Positions 16,877 to 25,717 of a DNA stretch of 27,442 bases are shown here, piece by piece. Position 1 is the stretch's first letter. Every line of letters begins with the position of its first letter. Origin of the DNA: a bacterium (GTDB taxonomy: Bacteria > Zhuqueibacterota > Zhuqueibacteria > Oceanimicrobiales > Oceanimicrobiaceae); assembly GCA_046757025.1 (NCBI GenBank), contig JBHHXN010000060.1:1-27442 (forward strand), in the 5' to 3' direction. Made by a program: the position numbers and the translations under genes. The notes under the pieces were generated by a model. The model did no database searches. It saw nothing but the letters and a program-made list of their open reading frames with translations, and was not told the origin of the DNA.

Positions 16877-17656
16877 TTAGTTGGCGAATTCAGCTAATTT
16901 ACGGTCTTCTTTTTTAGAGCCGTTTTTGTTTTCTTCTTCCTGTACGTCTTCGAAGAAATAGATGCTTTTTTCTTTGGATTCTCCGTCCTCGTTGGATTCT
17001 TCGTCTTCGGGGGCGTCTCCGTAAAATGTCACTTCTTCAGCCCGTTTGCGTTTTAAAACTAACATGATAATGCCAACCGCTATAATTAGACCGAGAACCA
17101 CCAGGCCGGTCAGTATCGGGGTCGAGAGCCTGGCTTCAGAAGCGCTGCCGTTGCTGCTTGCCACGCCTTCTTCAGAGTCGCTCAAGAAGGGTTCTTCGAG
17201 CTCCGTTTCAGCGGCGCTTTGGTCGTAGCTTTGGTCTGCTGTTTCCAATTGCACGGCCGAATCTCTATCCTTTCGTTCGACCAATTCCGCCACCGGCTCG
17301 ATGTGATGCTCGATTCTGCCGGCCAGAATATCCTGCTGCACATCCACCAGGTCGTTGACGTCCGAAAGCCGGCGGGTTTTTCTGATTTTTTGAATCGCGT
17401 CAAAACTAGGGATGATGATCTTTTCGCCAGGATAGATCAAATTTCCGTTTGGGGCGCGATTGATCAGCGCCAGTTCTTTCCAGTAAGAAACATCGCCGTA
17501 GTAGTCTTTAGCGAGTTTGCTCAACCATTCCCCCTCCTGAATTTCATGGGTCATTGGCTGGTCCAGCTTCAAAAAACGGCTGAGGAGATTTGCGGCCGGG
17601 TCCATAAAGATCACCATGAGCGCCATTAAAACGATTGTGTAGAAAAATCTCTTCAT
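16877..17656 (-). CDS. LysM-domain protein with N-terminal signal/TM and C-terminal TM anchor plus acidic tail
   Basis: LysM motif HEIQEGEWLSKLAKDYYGD...WKELALINR..NGNLIYPGEKIIIP. TM ILTGLVVLGLIIAVGIIMLVL followed by KRKR. RBS AAAGGAGG. Confidence 0.85.
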   Translation of the reverse strand: MKRFFYTIVLMALMVIFMDPAANLLSRFLKLDQPMTHEIQEGEWLSKLAKDYYGDVSYWKELALINRAPNGNLIYPGEKIIIPSFDAIQKIRKTRRLSDVNDLVDVQQDILAGRIEHHIEPVAELVERKDRDSAVQLETADQSYDQSAAETELEEPFLSDSEEGVASSNGSASEARLSTPILTGLVVLGLIIAVGIIMLVLKRKRAEEVTFYGDAPEDEESNEDGESKEKSIYFFEDVQEEENKNGSKKEDRKLAEFAN

Positions 17657-17736
17657 GTTATGAATCCTCCTTTTTAAAATTACAAATTATTTAGATAGCG
17701 TATTAAATTATGCATAGCCACGGGTTGCATGATTAA

Positions 17737-17753
17737 TACAAATCGGGTGCCAA
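17737..17753 (-). promoter_or_regulatory. Candidate sigma54 (-24/-12) promoter for the LysM gene
   Basis: Minus strand TTGGCACCCGATTTGTA vs consensus TGGCAC-N5-TTGC(A/T). Correct spacing, one mismatch at -12. Confidence 0.55.
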
Positions 17754-17958
17754 AGTTAAATTGAACAATTTATTCCTGCTTAAGACTTCAGTAAAATAAT
17801 TAGTTACGTAGGATCGTACTGGAGGATAATTCAGGAAGTCCGGTCAAACAGAAACGGCATTCAGAATGAATCCCGTGTAATTATTACATCTTTATGGCAA
17901 TTCCCATTTGAGATTTCATTATTTAAGTTCACATCAACGAGGGAACTGAATTTAATCA

Positions 17959-18105
17959 GTGTCCATCCGTAATCGTCATTCCCGAGTGCTCCCTGCTTAC
18001 AACATGCAGGGACAAGCTCATCGGGAATCTCGTGCCTAACGGAACAATGGATTCCTGCTTAAAGATTGCGGGAATGACAAAAAAAGACTCTTTACGGATG
18101 GACAC
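17959..18105. mobile_element. 147-bp MITE with perfect 14-bp IRs, carrying nested GTCATTCCCG/GGGAATGAC palindromes
   Basis: GTGTCCATCCGTAA (17959-17972) / TTACGGATGGACAC (18092-18105). Flanked by TAATCA and TAATTA. Confidence 0.75.
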
Positions 18106-18111
18106 TAATTA

Positions 18112-18266
18112 GTGATTGAACGAAAACTCGAGAAATACGAGATTTAAGAACCTCTTTGCGAAGGCGTCCCTTCGACAAAGCTCAGGATAGGCCCCGCCGA
18201 GCCAAGCAGGAATTCACCCTCGGCCAGGAGGCCTTCGTGAAGATCGGGTCGTTTTCGTTCAGGCAC
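18112..18266. mobile_element. 155-bp MITE with 16-bp IRs, directly adjacent to the previous one
   Basis: GTGATTGAACGAAAAC (18112-18127) / GTTTTCGTTCAGGCAC (18251-18266), 2 mismatches. TAATTA on both sides (18106-18111, 18267-18272). Internal REP-like CCTTCGACAAAGCTCAGGA (18169-18187). Confidence 0.72.
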
Positions 18267-18445
18267 TAATTATTTGCTAAATGTAATTTTAAAAGTGTTC
18301 AACCACTATGCTTGCTGATCTAGAACAAAGTTATTTTTCTTTGATATTGATTTTTTTTACCTTAAATTCTGATAAGTAATTGCAACATTTTGTATTTGAG
18401 ATTCAAGAGCTCTTGGTATTTTTTGAATATTTAGGGAGGTAAATT

Positions 18446-20251
18446 ATGGCAAGAAAAAAAGGTTGGATCATTTTTTTAATCGTTTTCGGGTTTTTTGTCT
18501 TCATGGGGGTGATGTTTATTCTGGGAATCAAAACCGCGTTGGAAGACAGGCCCGTGGTGAGAGATGACACGGTCCTGCAAATAGATCTTGCCGGTTTGGT
18601 CACCGAGCACTTTTCCCGGGAAGCTTTTTCGAGAGAATTTGAAGGCGCGAACATTCAATTACATGATATTCGTAAAGCCCTTGAATTAGCGCGCGTGGAT
18701 AAACGCATTCGTGGAGTTTACCTGCGAATGAGTTATGTAGCGTTGGGCTGGGCAAAAGCGCAGGAATTAAAGAATCTTTTAGAAAAATTTAAAGACACCG
18801 GCAAATTTATGACCGCCTTTTTAGAAAGCTGTAATGAAAAATCGTATTACATTGCGCTGGCCGCGGATGACATATTTTTACAGCCGCATTCCATCGCCGA
18901 GTTCAACGGGTTGGCTGTGGAGTATCCCTTCGTCAAAAGAATGTTCAACAAATTGGGTGTGGAGCCTCAAGTGAATAGCGTCGGTAAATATAAAAGTGCG
19001 GGTGAAATGTTTAGTCGGGAGTCCATGAGTCCGGCACACCGCGAAGCCACCGAAGCGCTGTTGAATGATTTCTATGACGAATTTCTGCAAGCGGTTTGCG
19101 CACGCCGGGACCTGGAACGCCCGGAGTTGCAGTCGCTACTAAACAAGGGTATTTTTCTTTCGAAAGACGCATTGGAAAACCAATTGGTTGACGAATTGAA
19201 ATACGAATCCGAAGTGCTGGAATTACTGAAGGAAAAAGTGTATGCGCAGGATGAAGCCACCGACGGCCGCACGCCATCGTTGCGCACCATCCGCGCCAGT
19301 CGCTATGCCAGGCTTTCTCCCGAAGATGTGGGTTTGGGTCGCGGCAGCAAAATCGCGCTGATTTATGCCATCGGTGCCATTGTACCGGGCCGCAGCGGAT
19401 ACGATCCACTGAACGGTCGCACCATGGGCTCGCAGTCGGTGGTGAGCATGCTCAAATCGGTAAAAAACAATCGTTCCATCAAAGCGGTGGTGCTGCGCGT
19501 GGACAGCCCTGGCGGCAGCGCCGTGGCCTCCGATGAAATGTGGGCTGAAATCGAAGAAGTGCAGAAGAAGAAGCCGGTGGTCGTTTCTATGTCGGATGTC
19601 GCCGCTTCTGGCGGGTACTGGATTTCCATGGGATGCAGCGCCATCGTGGCGCAACCCACCACCATCACCGGTTCTATTGGAGTAGTCGGGACGATTTTTA
19701 ATTTAGCCGGCGCCTACGACAAACTCGGCATCGATTGGGAAACGGTTAAAATCGGCGACCATGCCGACATGCTCACGGACAAACGCGCGCTCACGGACGA
19801 AGAATGGCAGATTTTCAAAGAACTTACCAACGATACCTACGAAACCTTCCTTTCCAAAGTCGCCGAAGGCCGGGGAAAATCCCGTGACGAAGTGCACGCG
19901 GTGGCTCAGGGGCGGGTGTGGTCGGGCAAGCGTGCACTGCAATACGGACTGATCGATTCCCTCGGCGGTTTGGATGCCGCCCTGACCATTGCCAAAGAAA
20001 AAGCGGGTTTAGAACCCGATGCGAAAACGCGCTGGGTGATCTATCCACATCCCAAGGGATTTTTTGAATCGTTGTTTGAAAAATTAGATGTGGTGGCGGC
20101 AAAAATATTCGCCTCCCGAATGGAAGAGTGGGCGTTTCTCAAAAACTTGCCGACGGAAACCAAGTCCGCATTGCGCAAAATCGCTGTCGTCGGACAATTT
20201 CGAAGCGGCGAGGTTCTGGCGGTGGAGCCGTTCGTTCCCGTTGTCGAGTGA
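18446..20251 (+). CDS. sppA: Signal peptide peptidase SppA (protease IV, 67K type, S49)
   Basis: N-terminal TM and two S49 halves. Motifs GKYKSAGE (catalytic K), RVDSPGGS, SMSDVAASGGYWI (catalytic S), TITGSIGV and AQGRVWSG. RBS AGGGAGG. Confidence 0.95.
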   Translation: MARKKGWIIFLIVFGFFVFMGVMFILGIKTALEDRPVVRDDTVLQIDLAGLVTEHFSREAFSREFEGANIQLHDIRKALELARVDKRIRGVYLRMSYVALGWAKAQELKNLLEKFKDTGKFMTAFLESCNEKSYYIALAADDIFLQPHSIAEFNGLAVEYPFVKRMFNKLGVEPQVNSVGKYKSAGEMFSRESMSPAHREATEALLNDFYDEFLQAVCARRDLERPELQSLLNKGIFLSKDALENQLVDELKYESEVLELLKEKVYAQDEATDGRTPSLRTIRASRYARLSPEDVGLGRGSKIALIYAIGAIVPGRSGYDPLNGRTMGSQSVVSMLKSVKNNRSIKAVVLRVDSPGGSAVASDEMWAEIEEVQKKKPVVVSMSDVAASGGYWISMGCSAIVAQPTTITGSIGVVGTIFNLAGAYDKLGIDWETVKIGDHADMLTDKRALTDEEWQIFKELTNDTYETFLSKVAEGRGKSRDEVHAVAQGRVWSGKRALQYGLIDSLGGLDAALTIAKEKAGLEPDAKTRWVIYPHPKGFFESLFEKLDVVAAKIFASRMEEWAFLKNLPTETKSALRKIAVVGQFRSGEVLAVEPFVPVVE

Positions 20252-20386
20252 AAATAAATTTATCATCTCGCGGGATTAAATTTAGGCACGGAATTGAGTT
20301 AAATCCCGGTTCGCAGTGTCGGCTCGGTTGCAGGCAGCCGGCTTCGGCCGGGCCTTAAAATATGCACTCAAAACAGGTAGAAGGCT

Positions 20387-21799
20387 ATGAATTCAAAAAG
20401 CGGTATTTGCATTTTGCTGTCTTTGCTTTTTTTTACAGCCTGCTCAGCCTCTAAAAAAGCCTATAAAAAGGCTCAGGAATTTGAAGACGTTGGCTTGTAT
20501 GTGGAAGCCGCCGAATACGATTTAAAAGCTTTGCATGAAAAACCCGATTTTAAAGAAGCGCAGGTGCATTTAAAAAAAGTGGCGCCGTTGGCTTATGATG
20601 AGCTGCTCAGCCGGGTTCAGAACCTCGAATCCGCTGAGAAATGGGACGAGACCGTGGCGGAATTTGAGGCACTGGACCGTTTTACTCGCGATTGTCATCG
20701 ATTTGGCGTGGTTCTGAAAACCATCAATATAAAAGAGCGATTGAAAAACGCCCGCTCCCAAGCAGCAGAAGGGCATTTTACCCGGGCCGAGTCGCTTTAT
20801 GCCAAACAGAGTTACCAGCGAGCTGCTCGGGCTTATTTAAAAGCCAGCCACTTTATCGATAATTACAACAATTCCCATTCGAAAGCGATCCTTTCGTTTT
20901 TGAAGGCAGGCGACGAAATTTTTGCGGAAAAGCGATATCGACAGGCCATCGCCATTTACAAAAATATATTGGAATTTGCACCTCGGCATTCCAAAACTCT
21001 CAACAAAATTGCCGAATGCCATTTTCAATTGGGCAGGCAATATTTCAATGCCGCAAAATATCGTGAAGCTCTGAAACAGTTTGAAACCACACAAAAGTAT
21101 GTGGAAGATTACCGTGACGCGGCAGAGTGGGCGCAGCGCGCTTACGATGAAGCGGTGCAGGTCGTGGGGATTTTCCCGTTTCAAAATCTGACTGCACACA
21201 CGGTGGACGGTTATCTCATTGCCAGCGAAGTGATCAACCGCGCCATACATGCAAATCTGCGCTTTGCCGAGTTTCTCAACGAGGCTGAAATGAATGAGCT
21301 GGTGAACATCTTGCGCCGTAAAAGACCCGACAAATTGCTGGAAGTGGAAATCTTGAAATTGGCCAGCGATGAAGGGCTGGACGCCGTGGTTTGGGGCAAA
21401 GTGCAGGAAGTGCGGGTAAAAGACTATCCAGAGTCATTCAAAGAATTCGAGCATGAAAAAGTCGTGGTGGTTGAGGATAGCTCTGGAAAAGAAGTGGAAG
21501 AAAAAACCCCTATTTATTATCGAGAATATTCTCGGGCCAGGCAAATAAGGCTTTCCGTGGACTATTTTATTCTGGAAGCCGCCACGGGTAAATATCTGGA
21601 TAGAAACCGTTTCGTTGAACAGGTACGCGACGAAGTGCAGTGGATCGCGTATCAGGGCAGTATTTACGATTTACCGAAAAATAAACGTCCTCTCCTGGAT
21701 GCCAGACGGGACCCCCAGCCCGTCCAAGCCCTGCTCAACGAATTGCTGGTCAAAATCGGCCAGAAAATAAGCCGGGAGGTCATCAAATATTACCGATGA
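20387..21799 (+). CDS. TPR-repeat lipoprotein with C-terminal alpha/beta (LpoB/CsgG-like) domain
   Basis: Lipobox FTA-C. TPR-like helices (RYRQAIAIYKNILEFAP, KYREALKQF). C-domain VGIFPFQN...GLDAVVWGKV...VDYFILEAATGK. Confidence 0.7.
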   Translation: MNSKSGICILLSLLFFTACSASKKAYKKAQEFEDVGLYVEAAEYDLKALHEKPDFKEAQVHLKKVAPLAYDELLSRVQNLESAEKWDETVAEFEALDRFTRDCHRFGVVLKTINIKERLKNARSQAAEGHFTRAESLYAKQSYQRAARAYLKASHFIDNYNNSHSKAILSFLKAGDEIFAEKRYRQAIAIYKNILEFAPRHSKTLNKIAECHFQLGRQYFNAAKYREALKQFETTQKYVEDYRDAAEWAQRAYDEAVQVVGIFPFQNLTAHTVDGYLIASEVINRAIHANLRFAEFLNEAEMNELVNILRRKRPDKLLEVEILKLASDEGLDAVVWGKVQEVRVKDYPESFKEFEHEKVVVVEDSSGKEVEEKTPIYYREYSRARQIRLSVDYFILEAATGKYLDRNRFVEQVRDEVQWIAYQGSIYDLPKNKRPLLDARRDPQPVQALLNELLVKIGQKISREVIKYYR

Positions 21800-21871
21800 C
21801 AGTTTTCGGCTTTTAGAGGTTCGTCTCATCAAAAGGGTCGCGACAATAAAATTTTGTGACGAGAGGCCGGT

Positions 21872-22522
21872 TCATTTACCCAGAAAAAAGATGATACCGA
21901 TTTTCAGAGTGAATTCATTGGCCGTGATGTCTCTACTAATTTTGACTTCTTCACCCAAATCGTTCCTGGCGTCTATTTCCTGGGACACGCCGTAAATGGT
22001 TTGATAGCGCAGGGCCACGTCCAGCCACGGTCCCAGACCGATGTCATACTGAAAGCCGCCGCCGATATTCCATCCCAACGCAAAATCGTTTTCCCGTGAA
22101 TCCTGGAAAAAACCAAAATTTGTGGAAATATTGACGTTGGTGCGATAGTAGTAAAATCCCCCGAGTCCGCCAAAATGCACGCGAAAATTTCTCGATCCAA
22201 AAGAATAATTCGGTCCCACAGTCAGGCGGAAGGATTCATGAGTAATATCTGCTGGAAAATCCCGGCCGAATTGATCGCTGATGATATCGATATCTCTGCC
22301 ATAAGATAAAAAGGCAAAATCCCCGCGCAGCTCCAGGCCGCCTAACGATGGCATTTTACGAATGACTTTGACGCCAAATCCTCCGCCAGTGCTGGAAACG
22401 TTGGCGAAATCAGACGTAGGAAATGAGATCACAACGTGTGGCCCGATGGACCACTGGGCCTTGGAAAGATTGGGTGAAAAAAACAACAGCAGTGTCGATA
22501 AAAGCAGAATGATTTGTTTCAT
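21872..22522 (-). CDS. Small outer-membrane beta-barrel protein (OmpA/OmpW-like, ~8 strands)
   Basis: Signal peptide ending SKA|Q. Gly/aromatic alternating strands (GGGFGVK, GWNIGGGFQY, FTLKIGIIFF). Confidence 0.75.
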   Translation of the reverse strand: MKQIILLLSTLLLFFSPNLSKAQWSIGPHVVISFPTSDFANVSSTGGGFGVKVIRKMPSLGGLELRGDFAFLSYGRDIDIISDQFGRDFPADITHESFRLTVGPNYSFGSRNFRVHFGGLGGFYYYRTNVNISTNFGFFQDSRENDFALGWNIGGGFQYDIGLGPWLDVALRYQTIYGVSQEIDARNDLGEEVKISRDITANEFTLKIGIIFFLGK

Positions 22523-22577
22523 TTATGGTTCCTTTCGATTGGTCTTGATTTGATTTAAACAGTGTTGAACTGAATTG

Positions 22578-22606
22578 AATATAAAAACTAAACGAAACTT
22601 TAGCAA
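22578..22606 (-). promoter_or_regulatory. Candidate promoter for the OMP gene
   Basis: Minus strand TTGCTA - 17 nt - TATATT, about 55 nt upstream of ATG 22522. Confidence 0.5.
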
Positions 22607-22772
22607 GATTAAGCGCAAAATTGTTTGTCATCCTCAGGAACGAAGCTTGGTTTCACTTGCCCGGGATTATATGAACATCGTACAGGACCGGACGCGGTTT
22701 TTGCCTCTTGCGTCGGTAAATGCTGTTTTAAGTGGTTGTCACAGTTTGTTGATTAAATAGAATCCTCCTGCC

Positions 22773-22854
22773 ATTCCCACACAGCGGGGAATGACACTCA
22801 TGGGCGGAGCATTCGTGTGCGACTGTTTCATCCTTCGACTTCGCTCAGGATGAA
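22773..22854. repeat. Cluster of palindromic repeats (ATTCCC-N8-GGGAAT and REP-like hairpin)
   Basis: ATTCCCACACAGCGGGGAAT (22773-22792) and TTCATCCTTCGACTTCGCTCAGGATGAA (22827-22854). Confidence 0.65.
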
Positions 22855-22956
22855 GAAGACGGCTTGCTTCGTTCAGGAGGAACATGTCTTACTGCGCTGA
22901 CTGCAAACATCTTTCCGTTCAGGGCGAAGCATTTCTGATTATTACAACAGTCCTAT

Positions 22957-24822
22957 TTAATTCTTTTTGAAAATATCTTTTATTTTTTTAGTAGCTTTTT
23001 TCAATCCCTTTTCTTTTTCTTGCTTCAATTTCTTTTCAAGCGCTTTTTTCTTTTCATTTATTTCCGTCAATTTACTATTAATACTGTTTTCATACTTTTT
23101 TATTTCGTTGTTTATTTTATTTTGATTTTCATTTACGAAAGCGAAGATTTTTTGCTTTTCGGGTTCAACAGTCGTGTTGAGTTTTTTCTGAATTTCGTTG
23201 CGCGCCATTTCCACCGATCTACCGATGACGCTTTTTATACGGCTGGCTAAAACGTTATCGATGTTCGACTGGATGGTCAGAGCCAAATCGTTGGCCGGTC
23301 CTTGAATTGTGGCTGAAAGTTGCAGCAGTTCGATGGAGTCGAAAACCTGGTTGGTGACATTTGAAATCACGTCGTTTTTCTGCAGAGAGTCTGCAAAGAA
23401 AAATTTCACCGGCCGGGCGCTCAATTGAATGCCGAAATCAAGATTCGAGCCGACGAGATTGAAATGGGTTTTGACCTCGGATGTTTTGGCGTTTAATCTG
23501 GACGGCAGGTACGGTTTGGGCGGAAGCGCAATTTCACCAAGCTTCACGCCAGTGGCTCTCAATTCAAATCGTTCAGCAGGAATGTTGCCGGTGTGGTCCA
23601 CTGCGCCGGTAAGCTTGTACCATCGGGATTCCGGCAACTGCGCTTGCAGCTGCAACGAAAGCGGTTTGCCGTAAATTGCCGGGTGAGAGGTGATGCCCGA
23701 AACTTCGCCACTGGCAAAGATGACCTGACTGGTATCTGCGTGATTGCTGGCGCCGCTTATGAAGATTTTTTCGATCAAAAAGTCGGGCCGGGGATGTCGC
23801 AGCGGAAAACGAATATCCTGTCCTTTAAAGCGCGGCGGTTTTTCCACTTTGCCCGTGCTGGCAATCTGTTTGGCTGTGGGCATGTATTTTCGAATCAAAT
23901 CGATGTAGGGCAAATAATTGAGGATGAGTTGAACGATATTCTCACCAAACAACATGGTGCCGATATTTTGTGCGCTAAAATCGCCCAGGTTTGCTTTGTT
24001 TCTCAGCGCATTATAATCATCCCGCACCCAGTTGTCCACCTGTTTGAACGTGCTGGTGAGCAGTTGGAAATCGCTGATAGCCTGATTTTTTTTCTGCTCG
24101 AGGTCTTTTTTGAACGTGTTTAACGCCTTGTAAAGGCGTTTGGTTTTTTCAATGGAAGAAATCAGATTCTCGACACCTTTGATCTCCTGCGATTTAAGCT
24201 CGTCGATTTCGGTGGCAATTTTTTTCAGATCATTTTTAGGATCGAAGCTGCCAATATTTTGATTCCAGATTTGCACGGTGGAATCCGCTTTCAGTTTGAG
24301 CGATTGCAAATTGCGCATGGCGGTCAAATCAAAGTTCGCCATCAGGCTGTCCACGTTGATCCTTTTCTTGAGAATGCCGAGATTGAGCACTGGCGAGGCG
24401 GCCACTTTTTTCATGAGACTCGCCTTGGCGTCATCTACCCAACCGGGCTCGTCACTTTCAAATTCTTTTTCAATCTTGCCGTCGCTTTCCCGCTGCGTAC
24501 CCACCCGAATGTCGGCAACCGTGATTTCATTGATGATGATTTTTTTGCGCGCCAATGGCGCCAGCTCCATATCAAAAGACATCTTGCCGGTTTCAAAGAG
24601 GTTTTTCCAGGTGTCGTTGGGGTTGGTCACTTGCAGTCGGTCCAGTGAAATGGATAAACCCGCCAGACTGAAATTCAAATTGTCGATTTCGAATTTGGCG
24701 CCCACCACGGCCGAGCCGGCGTCTTCCATGACGTCTTCGATAAGCTCGTCGCTAAAAAGGTACGCCACCAGCGCCGCCAACACTAAAATAATAAAAAGCG
24801 CAACGATTCCTTTGGGTCTCAT
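22957..24822 (-). CDS. TIGR03545-family protein (N-anchored, AsmA-like N-terminus, coiled coils)
   Basis: N-terminal TM, then GSAVVGAKFEID...LQVTNPNDTWKNLFE, PPRFKGQDIRFP, GEVSGITSHP and IQSNIDN. Lys-rich coiled-coil C-terminus. Adjacent to a TIGR03546-like gene. Confidence 0.8.
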   Translation of the reverse strand: MRPKGIVALFIILVLAALVAYLFSDELIEDVMEDAGSAVVGAKFEIDNLNFSLAGLSISLDRLQVTNPNDTWKNLFETGKMSFDMELAPLARKKIIINEITVADIRVGTQRESDGKIEKEFESDEPGWVDDAKASLMKKVAASPVLNLGILKKRINVDSLMANFDLTAMRNLQSLKLKADSTVQIWNQNIGSFDPKNDLKKIATEIDELKSQEIKGVENLISSIEKTKRLYKALNTFKKDLEQKKNQAISDFQLLTSTFKQVDNWVRDDYNALRNKANLGDFSAQNIGTMLFGENIVQLILNYLPYIDLIRKYMPTAKQIASTGKVEKPPRFKGQDIRFPLRHPRPDFLIEKIFISGASNHADTSQVIFASGEVSGITSHPAIYGKPLSLQLQAQLPESRWYKLTGAVDHTGNIPAERFELRATGVKLGEIALPPKPYLPSRLNAKTSEVKTHFNLVGSNLDFGIQLSARPVKFFFADSLQKNDVISNVTNQVFDSIELLQLSATIQGPANDLALTIQSNIDNVLASRIKSVIGRSVEMARNEIQKKLNTTVEPEKQKIFAFVNENQNKINNEIKKYENSINSKLTEINEKKKALEKKLKQEKEKGLKKATKKIKDIFKKN

Positions 24823-24823
24823 T

Positions 24824-25348
24824 TCACCACTCCAGGTCTCTAATTTTTACATACCATTTAAAAACCACGCTGCCTTTTACGGCTTTGACGATTTTTAAAT
24901 TTTCCAGTTTTTCAGCCCACGACCTGCGATAGGCGACGATGCCTTTTTGGGAAAGCAAATAAACCGGAAAGGCCAGCACTATAGCGGTAATCAAACTACC
25001 CATGACGACGGTGTTGTTGAAACGGGTGAACGGCAAAATGGGTGTATTGTAAAAGCTTGTCCATAAACCCTTTATAGCTTCAACTTGGGCCAGCATGAAA
25101 AAACCCAGGTTGTGAAACACGGGATCAAAAAGATAGGCTACAAAACTGAAGAGGAACAGCGAGAAGAAAACCGCGGCCAGATTGACTTTGGTTACTATGG
25201 CGATGAGTAAAAGAAGCATGTTTTGCAGAGTCCAGAACGGGGTAAGTCCCACCACAAAGCCCAGGGTGAACCCGCTGGCTATCAAGGGGGGCGATTCCCC
25301 CGAGCGCAAAACTTTGATGAATTTGCTGATAAATTTGAGCCAGAACAT
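24824..25348 (-). CDS. TIGR03546-family integral membrane protein
   Basis: Start moved to ATG 25348 (MFWLKF; RBS AAGGAG). Motifs SPPLIASGFTLGFVVGLTP, FDPVFHNLG and WTSFYNTPILPFTRFNNTVVMGS. Stop lies 1 nt from the TIGR03545 start. Confidence 0.85.
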   Translation of the reverse strand: MFWLKFISKFIKVLRSGESPPLIASGFTLGFVVGLTPFWTLQNMLLLLIAIVTKVNLAAVFFSLFLFSFVAYLFDPVFHNLGFFMLAQVEAIKGLWTSFYNTPILPFTRFNNTVVMGSLITAIVLAFPVYLLSQKGIVAYRRSWAEKLENLKIVKAVKGSVVFKWYVKIRDLEW

Positions 25349-25396
25349 CCAACACTCCTTATTGTGCTTTGAATCATCATGATCGCAATCACGTCC

Positions 25397-25426
25397 AATA
25401 TACAAATAAATCGCACACTTAGTCAA
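25397..25426 (-). promoter_or_regulatory. Candidate promoter for the TIGR03546/TIGR03545 operon
   Basis: Minus strand TTGACT - 18 nt - TATATT. Confidence 0.5.
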
Positions 25427-25586
25427 AGAATTTTTGACAATTCAATTTAAAGATTTTTTAGCAATTTAAGTGCCGGCTAATGCGCTCTAAACAAGCACGA
25501 GTGTTTTATCCTTCAATGCCCAGAGCACAAGGTCCCGATATCGATTTGCAATTGTCGTCAAAAAGGTTCGACTGAAAACAGCCGTT

Positions 25587-25717
25587 GAGCCTGTCGAAAA
25601 AATTGTTTTTTAATTCAGCCTGAGCGGAGTCGAAGGCCGTAACTCGTTGTTTTTATATCATGCTTCGACTCCGCTCAGCATGAAGAATCACTTAATTTTG
25701 ACTTTTTCGACAGGCTC
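25587..25717. mobile_element. 131-bp MITE with perfect 15-bp IRs enclosing an inverted pair of REP-like hairpins
   Basis: GAGCCTGTCGAAAAA (25587-25601) / TTTTTCGACAGGCTC (25703-25717). GTT on both flanks. Internal GCCTGAGCGGAGTCGAAGGC (25618-25637) and TCATGCTTCGACTCCGCTCAGCATGA (25658-25683). Confidence 0.8.

Noticed and set aside
17953..18272. CRISPR or integron-like array interpretation of the repeated units
   Set aside because: The repeats are only 6 bp, the units have terminal IRs and no ORFs, and there is no cas or integrase gene in the window.
20284..20299. Sigma54-like AGGCACGGAATTGAG upstream of the TPR gene (also TTGGCACTCAGCATGA near 11175-11190, minus strand)
   Set aside because: The -12 element is mis-spaced or lacks TTGC.
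25349..25426. ORF-track TTG start of the TIGR03546 gene
   Set aside because: The TTG coincides with the -35 box, and RBS AAGGAG precedes ATG 25348.
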